Source: Leptolyngbyaceae cyanobacterium (GTDB lineage Bacteria > Cyanobacteriota > Cyanobacteriia > Phormidesmidales > Phormidesmidaceae). From it: a stretch of DNA of 64,000 bases. Under the pieces are notes generated by a model. That model was given only the letters and a program-made list of their open reading frames with translations. It was not told the origin of the DNA and made no database searches. A program made the translations under genes and the position numbers. The stretch lies in the NCBI GenBank assembly GCA_965263355.1, contig CBDHHL010000049.1, positions 160,001 to 224,000 on the forward strand, written 5' to 3'. How positions within the stretch are numbered: position 1 is the stretch's first letter; every line of letters begins with the position of its first letter. Below are positions 30,099 through 38,160 of this stretch, in pieces.

Positions 30099-31313
30099 AT
30101 GTCTAATGCGTCTTCCTATTACAATCGTCTCCGATCGCTCGAATCTGAGCTGTTGGATCGGGGTGGGGCGGTGTCAGCAGATAGGCCGGTTACACCGCAG
30201 CGGAGATTGCTGGATACGGGTGTTGAGACTTCCCACAGGAGCTGGATATCTCCCGGTTGGCGAAGAGAAGGAGCCCATCGAGAACAGTGGCCATCGCAGC
30301 CAAGTGACATATCTAGCGGTAATCGACTGCTAGGGTTGGCACACCATTTGGATCGGGGGCGTGTCAGCGCCTCAGCTACCCCTGAGAGAGTATCACCTTC
30401 GGTCTCCTCAGCTCGGCGTTCTGTCGCTGACAACGGCTTTGCAGCCTATGTCTTTGATCAGGGTGAGCACATCCAGGTGGGCTACAGACCAAAGGTGTCT
30501 CTCCCAGAAGATGAAGTGGAGGATTGGGCAGATGAAGCGCCCGACTGGACTGATCAGTGGGATAACCACTGGGACGGTGACTGGGAGGACGATGAGTCAG
30601 AATATTGGGAGCCTGACGAGGATCTGACAGAGGATGAACAGTCTGCTTGGGAGGAGGAAGAGGCTGAGTGGGAGGAGGACCGGCCCCAACCGTTGACCCA
30701 GCGACCACAGGCAGCGCCCGGTCACCCGTCGGCTCCTGGGCCTACTTCCAAAACACCGGTTCAGCGCAATGGGCAGCGCCCGGTCACCCGGACCGTCGTA
30801 GTCGATGACGTTCCGGCTAAGTCACCTAGCAAACCACCTGCCCAGCGCCCCGCCACGCAGACCGTCACGGTCAAACCGATTCCTGTAGATGACGGAGCGG
30901 CCCCGACAACAGAGGCCAGTCCGCCACCGCCAGCTGCCCGGAATGGCCATGCCGCCCGAGCACCCAAAGCCATCCCCCGGACCCGCCCGCCCAAGGCAAA
31001 GGGCACCACACCGCCACGCCCGTCGGCTCCGCGGCCCCCGACCCCAAAAGCGAACCCAGCCCCGTCTCCGGCCAGGGCGAATGGCAATAACCCGCACGCG
31101 GCCTTTGGCAAGCTTAGTCAATCGTTAAACCACGCCACTGCCTTCAACCTGGGCACTGTCCCCGTTGAAATCCCCTTCGATGACTTTGATCATCGCATTA
31201 CCCAAGAGACCACCGCCCAGGCCCAAGCCCTAGAGCACCGCTTTAAAGAATTCGATCGCGTACTCACCCGCAAGCCTAAAACCAAACCTTCCGAACGCGC
31301 CCCGCCATCCTAA
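30099..31313 (+). CDS. Intrinsically disordered protein with an acidic Trp/Asp/Glu tract and a Pro/basic tract
   Basis: 404 aa. EDWADEAPDWTDQWDNHWDGDWEDDESEYWE followed by a Pro/Arg/Lys-rich region. Shares short motifs with the next ORF. Confidence 0.8.
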   Translation: MSNASSYYNRLRSLESELLDRGGAVSADRPVTPQRRLLDTGVETSHRSWISPGWRREGAHREQWPSQPSDISSGNRLLGLAHHLDRGRVSASATPERVSPSVSSARRSVADNGFAAYVFDQGEHIQVGYRPKVSLPEDEVEDWADEAPDWTDQWDNHWDGDWEDDESEYWEPDEDLTEDEQSAWEEEEAEWEEDRPQPLTQRPQAAPGHPSAPGPTSKTPVQRNGQRPVTRTVVVDDVPAKSPSKPPAQRPATQTVTVKPIPVDDGAAPTTEASPPPPAARNGHAARAPKAIPRTRPPKAKGTTPPRPSAPRPPTPKANPAPSPARANGNNPHAAFGKLSQSLNHATAFNLGTVPVEIPFDDFDHRITQETTAQAQALEHRFKEFDRVLTRKPKTKPSERAPPS

Positions 31314-31370
31314 ATCTTACCTTTTACCTGTTACTCGTCACTTGTTCCTTTCTCTTCCCCCGAGGTACCC

Positions 31371-32699
31371 ATGACCCAAACTACCTTGCCCAACCGCCTA
31401 TTTGCCCTCGACCAACATCTCACTCACAAACGCATGCATGCCAATGCGCCGCCTGGTACGAGGGTAGCCTACCGATTTGATCAGGGGGCACCCATCCGGG
31501 CCATGGGGTATCCCGAATGGGATACCGACTCGGAGTACGCCGAGGCCAACGACTGGGACGACGAGGACTTCGAGAATGAAGCCTATGCCGAGGCCAGTGA
31601 TTGGGATGACGAGGACTTCGACGTCGATGGGGACTATGCCGAGGCGAGTGATTGGGACGATGACGACCTCGAGGACGAAGCAGAATACGCCGAAGCCAAT
31701 GCCTGGGACGACGAGGACTTCGAGAACGACTCGGAGTACGCCGAGGCCAGTGCCTGGGACGATGACGACTTCGACGTCGATGGGGACTATGCCGAGGCCA
31801 GTGCCTGGGACGACGAGGACCCCGACCACGACGCCTATGCTGAGGCGAGTGATTGGGACAATGGCGATTTTGAGGACGCCTCGGAGTATGCCGAGGCTAA
31901 TGACTATGTGGATGCCTACGATGTCGACGCGGACCACCTAGATGGCTTAGAAGCGGAGGCCGACGAAGACATCTATGCCGAGGCCAGTGAGTACTCCGAC
32001 GATGATGAAGCCGCCTATGCCGAGGACTTCGACGTTGAAGACCCCGGTGAGTGGGCGGAGGACTTTGACGCGGAGGACGACCCCGATGCCTGGGCGGCGG
32101 AGTTCGACCCAGCTGATGACTACGCCGATGCCGCTGGGGACCCTGCCACCTATGTCGACGCGATTGTAGAAGCCCCGGTGGCCTATGAAGCCGCATCGTT
32201 TGAGCTGGGGGACGCACCAGAGGATTGGGCTACTGAGGACCAAACCATTACGGTAGAGGCGGCGGCTGTAGATTCCACTCCAGCTGACGACGATACCGAG
32301 GTGGCCCCGACATCGGCCCTGGCAGCGGAAGTTGCGGCCTTGCGGCACGATGTGCAGGCCTTAAGTCACACTCCGCAAGTAGCCTCGCCTACGTACCCCG
32401 CGACGGCGTTTACTACCGAGTTGCAGGAACTGCGCGACCAGGTGCGGGCGATGCAGGCCAACAAGCCGCCAACAGCCAATCCGGCAGAGGCAGAGGCCAT
32501 GGCGGCGCAAGTGCAGGCGTTGAAGCGGGAGCTACAGTCGATGCGGGTACAGCGCTCGACGGAAGCGCTCAGCTCCGGTTACTGGACGGCACTGGAACAG
32601 GAGCCATTGTTTAAGGCTTTCGACGACCAAATGGCCGCGTCCGTGGCACCCCCCGCGACCCCAGAGGACATATCAAAATTATTAGCTGATTCTCCTTAA
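31371..32699 (+). CDS. Highly acidic repeat protein with C-terminal coiled-coil segments
   Basis: 442 aa, RBS GAGGT. Nine YAEA[S/N] units, then three short heptad helices (LAAEVAALRHDVQAL, LQELRDQVRAM, VQALKRELQSM). Confidence 0.85.
   Translation: MTQTTLPNRLFALDQHLTHKRMHANAPPGTRVAYRFDQGAPIRAMGYPEWDTDSEYAEANDWDDEDFENEAYAEASDWDDEDFDVDGDYAEASDWDDDDLEDEAEYAEANAWDDEDFENDSEYAEASAWDDDDFDVDGDYAEASAWDDEDPDHDAYAEASDWDNGDFEDASEYAEANDYVDAYDVDADHLDGLEAEADEDIYAEASEYSDDDEAAYAEDFDVEDPGEWAEDFDAEDDPDAWAAEFDPADDYADAAGDPATYVDAIVEAPVAYEAASFELGDAPEDWATEDQTITVEAAAVDSTPADDDTEVAPTSALAAEVAALRHDVQALSHTPQVASPTYPATAFTTELQELRDQVRAMQANKPPTANPAEAEAMAAQVQALKRELQSMRVQRSTEALSSGYWTALEQEPLFKAFDDQMAASVAPPATPEDISKLLADSP
31533..32030 (+). 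repeat. Coding tandem repeat, about 48-51-nt units (YAEA[S/N]xWDDxDF...)
   Basis: Repeated TAYGCCGAGGCCA(G/A)YG..TGGGACGAYGA units in the DNA, in frame with ORF 31371-32699. Confidence 0.9.
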
Positions 32700-32922
32700 G
32701 GGGCACCCCCGCAAATCCAGGATTTCAAGAAAGACGAAGTCCCATTGGTCGTGGCTATCCACACACCGTTACCGCCTGCTGAAGGGCGGCTCGCTTACCA
32801 GGCAACAAAGTGTAGTCAATAAGTCACACAACCACACCAGCCAAGGCCGCCGCTCCATGCCATGTCTTCCCTTGAGTGACTCAAGGTCCACATCGGAACA
32901 AGCCACCTTATTCAGAGGAACT

Positions 32923-34359
32923 ATGAATAAACTACGAATGATCGAGGCATTTCTCTACCCAGCTGCCACACATCCCAACCGCGAGGAGCCAACGGAACAC
33001 CGCCTGCAACTAACCAGTGCATTAGGCTACGACCAAGTTCTAGCTGCGCGCCGGGCGCGATCGCACGAAGTTATCACCGAAGCAAAGAAAGCAAACGTCA
33101 AAAAAGACAAAGACTCGCTTTCCCAATTTTTGGGAACGTACATCGATAAAATCTACCCGAACACTAAAGCCGATGACAAATGGTTAATCACTGAAGAGCT
33201 TCTGCAGCAGATAGCTGAGACCAACTCGCCATATAGAACCTACGCAAACTCGTTGCTCAACACGACTTACAGCGAGGAGAATCTCAAAAGGAAGAAGTAC
33301 TATATCCAGAACAACAAGGTAACCAAAGTCTCAGACCATTCCAGTAATCCACGCATCAAGTATTACCGCTACATGGGCAAGATCTACAAGGTCACTACGA
33401 AGAAGGCTAATGCAGAGTTTCCCAAGAATATAGGGAGTCGACTTAAAAATCTAATCACCATTCTCACCCCGAAAAACATAAAAAGGAATACGAAAATCAC
33501 TACGAAAATCACATGGATAGATGTCTCTCCCACCGGCTATGACAACGAGTACGACGCGTCAATTCTTCTTTCCTATTCTTATAATAAAAATGTGTCTGGC
33601 AGATTTCATTGTCACTTGCACAAACAATATAACCAATTAAATCCAAAGCCAGGAAACGGCTGGGTTGTTTTCACAGACGGCATCACAATCGAACTTAACA
33701 GAGAAGACTGGAAACCGTGGGCGCTGGCAGCATGGGGCGATGAGTTTCAAATCTCAAAATACGATAAATCTGCCAATGTTATTGACGCTATCGCCAAGAG
33801 AATCCAAAAAAGGCCCGGAAAACACAAGGTAGAGAAAGCACTCGGTCTCAATCAATACAAGATCTCGAACCTAGACTTCGATGGCATACCAATTTATCTA
33901 AAATACACAAAAACCGGAAAGGTAAAAACGTTAATGGTAGGCAACATGAGTATCTTCGACGTAAATATCAAAGGCACGTCCAAGAATACGATATCCAAAA
34001 TCCGTAGTGCCCTGGATAAGTTGGCCACCTACAAGAAATTCGGAAACGAGATTATTACCGCAACACTAAAAGAATTGGCTGATATGATAGATTCGAAGAC
34101 TAATAACGAAACGAAAGTTGAGTTACACCCCAAATACTCATCCACCATCAATATTATCGTCACTGAAAATAAGTCCGGTCGCTCCAATATTATTACCCGA
34201 CCGCTTTCTATAAGCCAACAAACGGGCAAACCCCTTCAGTTGTGGTATGGCAACGACTCCATCATCTTGACTGAAGACGCCTCAATAAAGCTCGAGAACA
34301 CTCTAAAGTTGATCGCAGGTTATGAAGATCTCGTCAACAGGCTCCAAAACCCTAAGTAG
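32923..34359 (+). CDS. Lys-rich basic hypothetical protein with a cluster-type N-terminal leader (candidate cargo/effector)
   Basis: ATG 32923 follows AGAGGAA. Leader MNKLRMIEAFL...TSALGY. The body is visibly more AT-rich and Lys/Ile/Asn-rich than the two upstream genes. Confidence 0.75.
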   Translation: MNKLRMIEAFLYPAATHPNREEPTEHRLQLTSALGYDQVLAARRARSHEVITEAKKANVKKDKDSLSQFLGTYIDKIYPNTKADDKWLITEELLQQIAETNSPYRTYANSLLNTTYSEENLKRKKYYIQNNKVTKVSDHSSNPRIKYYRYMGKIYKVTTKKANAEFPKNIGSRLKNLITILTPKNIKRNTKITTKITWIDVSPTGYDNEYDASILLSYSYNKNVSGRFHCHLHKQYNQLNPKPGNGWVVFTDGITIELNREDWKPWALAAWGDEFQISKYDKSANVIDAIAKRIQKRPGKHKVEKALGLNQYKISNLDFDGIPIYLKYTKTGKVKTLMVGNMSIFDVNIKGTSKNTISKIRSALDKLATYKKFGNEIITATLKELADMIDSKTNNETKVELHPKYSSTINIIVTENKSGRSNIITRPLSISQQTGKPLQLWYGNDSIILTEDASIKLENTLKLIAGYEDLVNRLQNPK

Positions 34360-34381
34360 CCATCATAGCGCAGCAGAGCCA

Positions 34382-34413
34382 GTAGGGTGCGTTACGGCAC
34401 AACCTAACGCACC
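34382..34413 (+). repeat. REP-like palindrome with GTAG foot (possible terminator/stabiliser at the end of the cluster)
   Basis: GTAG followed by a perfect 9-bp stem, GGTGCGTTA (34386-34394) pairing with TAACGCACC (34405-34413), with a 10-nt loop. Confidence 0.65.
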
Positions 34414-35464
34414 ATCACCGAGATACTACGTATACTGCTTCCATAAACCTCATCATAGCCTCAAGATCCAATAACGCTCCCACTCCACCCCTAACCTACC
34501 GCCACCAACGCCCAACATGTCTTTCAATCAAACATCATCTGCAAAAAACAAGTAATGATTAACAAGTAACAAGGGAGAGGTAGGAGTGGTGTTTAGGGAA
34601 ATACTTATTGCTTTTGCTTCAACGTCTTAATACTAGCCATCAGGATTTTGATAATACCGTTTGATTCATCAATCACCGGGAAAAACCATCGTCCCAAAAC
34701 AACCTCAGTGCAATTAATAACCTGCTCAAATAACAACACTCAAACACTTCCCTAAGCACAATTAAAAACTTCGCAATAAAATCTCGATAAGCTCTAACCA
34801 TCCGCACCGTAAACAGCTTTACTTGTTACTTTTCATTTGTTATTTATTACTTTCACCTTTCACCTCAAAACACCATGCCCCATCCCACCCTCCACTCCCT
34901 CAACGGCGAAAAAATCCACTTTCACAAAGCCATCCCAACAACCCCTGTCACCTTACAACCCAAAACACCAAAACCACACCACCCTCCCAAGCCTCCGACT
35001 GTTTCTCCCTGATGGTGAACTATCAAGTCATCGGTCAATATGTGTAAAACAACGGTGGACAGTTTCTGTACACGCCCCATCACCACAACAGCTTGGATGT
35101 GTGAGTCTGCTTACTAGGGCAGCCCAACTATCCTGAAACCCAGCTAGCCTATCAAGAAGCAATCGCTCAGCTGGGGTCAATAGCCCTGTGTCACTATCGT
35201 CTGGGCCACATGACGCAGGCCCTCCAATGGTTAGAGCGGGCATTGACGCTCGATTCTACCTTTGTCCCTGCCCGTAAATTGCACGCCAGGATAATGCGAT
35301 CGCAGCTACAACTACCCCGCCAACCCCAAATCATCCTCAACTAAATAAAAGAACCCTTAACCTTGTATCATTAACCCCACAAAACAATCTAAGGTTGCTT
35401 GACCTTCGCTTGAATAAAATAGCCACTTCCCTCAGTTTCATTGCAACTGACAGACGATATTATC

Positions 35465-35552
35465 AAACTGTTTTAGCCTTGTTTGCCTGACTATTTACCT
35501 GACAAAACCTGACACTTTCTGGATAGTTTCTGCCATCGGATTAGGTAATAAT
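35465..35552 (+). promoter_or_regulatory. Conserved upstream element, copy 1 (CCTGAC repeats, N7, GGRTAGTTTCTGCC)
   Basis: CCTGAC at 35486, 35498 and 35508, then GGATAGTTTCTGCC and a -10-like TAATAAT. Homologous to 40791-40888(-), 41071-41140 and 47038-47125. Confidence 0.7.
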
Positions 35553-35783
35553 AGAGCTAACACATTGGAGTCTTAGTCTTCAATTGAGCTTCTTTGGCTA
35601 TTTGCAGGTTTAGCGGTAGCGATCGCAAGTTCTATCATTGCATCTACCCCAAACAGTCTTCATCAGTTAGTGAACGTCAGGGCGACTTTAGGGAGCCCTT
35701 TAACGTTATATCTATATATTTTGGCGCAACAGCGAATAGAGACGCTCGTTTTGTTTTGAGAATTATAGCAAGGATTTTATTAG

Positions 35784-36344
35784 ATGTTTAAACTCTCTGC
35801 AGGTTTTGGGATTGCAGCTGCTAGCCTGCTCGCACTTTCGGCGGCTCCGGCGGCGGCAGCTCAGTTTACGGCCTCCTATGACTTTGGTGGACCGGCCACC
35901 GACGGTGATGTGTTTACGTTTGATTTTGAGGGAATGATCAATGGCGATAATGAAAATCTGATTGAAGGCGTATCCTCTCTATCGAATTTTCAGTTAGGAG
36001 GTGTTTCTGTTTTTGACCCCGGAGATCCGGGTATTTTTGGTGGACCTTTTTCGGTGGTTTTGGATGTTCTCTCTTTTGATGGCACTGCCAACTCTTTTAT
36101 AGCAACCAACCCTATTGCTACCGATGTGCTTGCATTCCAATCTGGTTTTGGTGCAGTTGTCCAATCTAATGCGGTTTTTGGACCCTCTGGTTTTTCTGTC
36201 TCTGAGAGTTTTGATGCCGCCCGATGGTCTGTGGTTAGCCCCCCTGCCACCGCCGTCCCCGCACCTGCCCCTCTCCCAGGAATCATCGGCATGGGCTTTG
36301 CTTTGTGGCGCAAACGCAAACTAGCACAGTCCGACAAATCGTAG
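35784..36344 (+). CDS. Secreted protein with PTPA/PEP-CTERM-type exosortase sorting signal
   Basis: N-terminal signal peptide (AAASLLALSAAPAAAA). C-terminal AVPAPAPLPGIIGMGFALWRKRK (Pro motif, TM segment, basic tail). Confidence 0.85.
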   Translation: MFKLSAGFGIAAASLLALSAAPAAAAQFTASYDFGGPATDGDVFTFDFEGMINGDNENLIEGVSSLSNFQLGGVSVFDPGDPGIFGGPFSVVLDVLSFDGTANSFIATNPIATDVLAFQSGFGAVVQSNAVFGPSGFSVSESFDAARWSVVSPPATAVPAPAPLPGIIGMGFALWRKRKLAQSDKS

Positions 36345-36540
36345 TCAAGGCATCGACGCGCCTCCGTTAGCTTAGCTCAAGACCTGACAGACCCTTGAGC
36401 CAAGCCAGCTACCCAGCAGGACTACCTGGTAAGTCTCCAGATTTTGACACTGTTTGGTATCCGCCATTCGGGAGCTGGTTTACCCCTCGGAGTGCGGTCT
36501 TTTACAACTAAAAGCTCATGACCAGTAACAGGTCTTCCAT

Positions 36541-37880
36541 TTACTTGGCATCTAAAACGCGCAAAACCAGCCAACTTGGGATAGCGCACAATCCGACCCG
36601 GCTGTCGTGCTGAAACCACCGCAGCATAGATGGGCCATGCACTAAACGCAATGCTGTAAATTATAATAGGGAGGCCAATCAGTAAGAAAAGTGGCCAGAA
36701 AACAAGGAGTATCGCCACTACTCCCAAGACCAAAAAGATAGACCCTAAAAACAAGATAACCAGCAACACGATTGCAGTAATGGCATAGTTCGTCGCCTCT
36801 ATGGCGTTGGCCTTAACTACTGGGTCTTTAGTTCGCAGCAGGATCACGACAGGCACCGCCATGCGCAAAAGCCCTAGAAAATTCGCCTCAATTGAATCAG
36901 TAAACAGAACAATTAAAAGCAGGCTAGCCAAGAGGGAAACACAGCCATGGCCAATGCGGGCCTGACAAAACTTGAGGGGTCAAATCTTTGGTGGCGGTTC
37001 GTTGCCGATAGCTTCGCCCAGTCCTCATCGAAGCAGTCCTGTTTTTAAGGGGAGCGGTCGAGGACGAGAATTTGCCAGGGCGAGGTTTTGGCTGTAGGGG
37101 TGGTCTTGATGAGCTGAGGGTATCGGGGCTATCCGTAGTCCCATTGCTGTCGATAACGGTAGGTGCATTTTTTTCTGGGGTCGGGTTGATCAGGTCCCTC
37201 GGTAGGGTCTTCATAAAGTCTCGGGCCCAAGCTCGGGTGCTTTCGCGATCTGTCTTCAACATTTCCTGACAGAGGGCGATCGCAGCCTCGTATTGCCCAT
37301 TGCCTCTATAGGCTTTAGCCAGGCTGTTTTTACCCCAGGCATAGTTGGGGTAGCTGTCATCGGCACCCCGGAAAAAGTCTTCCAGAGGTGCGATCGCGGC
37401 CCTATAATCTCGTTTCCGTAAATTCCTGATACCCTCTTCCAGAAACTGTTGCGCTGCTTCCGGGCTAAGGGGTTTTGTAGGGGCTAGGTGAGCCAGCGGA
37501 TGGGGGGGAGTGGCAGAGGAAGCATCGGTGAGAGCCGCAGGAGAAGTGTGTTTCGGCTGAGGTTGGGTAGCATTAGCCTGGGCTGGCAGCTGTTCAAGCA
37601 TCTTTGCGGCCCACTGACGAATCTTGGGATTTTCCACCTGGATGAGTTGCTGGCATAGGGCCTCGGCTTGGGAAGACTGTCCGGCTTTTAAGTGAGCCCG
37701 GACTAGCCACCCCTGAGTTTGAAACCGGTCTTGAGCATTGATTGTGGTCTCATCACAGACCTGTTTAAAAATCTGAATCGCACTAAGAGAGTCCCCCTTT
37801 TTCAGGGCTTGGATCCCCTGCTGTAAAGAGGCTGCCACCTCCTTTTTGTTTGTTTTGTTTTGTTTGTTTTCGTGGTTCAT
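36541..37880 (-). pseudogene. TPR-repeat plus DUF4870-like membrane protein, split by apparent frameshifts
   Basis: ORF 37880-36924 has two TPR-like units. Near 36960 another frame reads RIGHGCVSLLASLLLIVLF into the membrane ORF (...KDPVVKANAIEATNY...RYP). A second shift near 36580 gives a plausible end SWLVLRVLDAK* (stop 36541-36543). Confidence 0.6.
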
Positions 37881-38160
37881 TGTTAGTAACGTTAGAGCTA
37901 AACAAACTGCAAGATTAAACTCTCCGTAAAACGTTGCTCAATGAAATTTGAGCTTAATTTGGTGGGCATTGCCCACCCTACTACCAGACTGACGACAACG
38001 ATCACCGAGCCGGCATAAGTGGTTATCTATTTGAAAACGCACGCAAGTCCGGCGCAGTAAAATTTGCAATTCCATTGAATTGACCACCACTGAAAACCTG
38101 TTGAAACTTGAATTCCACAGGATCGCCATGCCATTGGCCTATGTCTGTACCTGTCCGAAC

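Noticed and set aside
31533..32030. CRISPR array
   Set aside because: The repeats are in-frame coding units with synonymous variation, have no unique spacers, and no cas genes are present.
31398..32348. Alternative-frame and antisense ORFs over the acidic repeat gene (and similar ones over the PKS and TpsA genes)
   Set aside because: These are shadows of repetitive or codon-biased coding sequence on the real strand.
20796..32699. Cyanobactin (PatA/PatG plus PatE-like) RiPP cluster
   Set aside because: The S8 lacks the long C-terminal PatA/G domains. There is no YcaO heterocyclase, oxidase, prenyltransferase or LAELSEE-type leader. The repeat protein is far larger and more acidic than cyanobactin precursors.
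32700..32822. 40 open codons in frame after the stop of ORF 31371-32699 (possible premature stop or readthrough)
   Set aside because: An open stretch this short is expected by chance and has no recognisable motif. Orthologue comparison would be needed.
20796..34359. Prophage, eCIS/T6SS or gas-vesicle cluster
   Set aside because: I recognise no sheath, tube, baseplate, VgrG, PAAR, terminase, integrase or GvpA motifs. Remote homology cannot be excluded without profile searches.
34823..35243. Short ORFs in the 34.4-35.8 kb intergenic region
   Set aside because: Low-complexity translations, non-ATG or weak starts and no motifs; probably non-coding.
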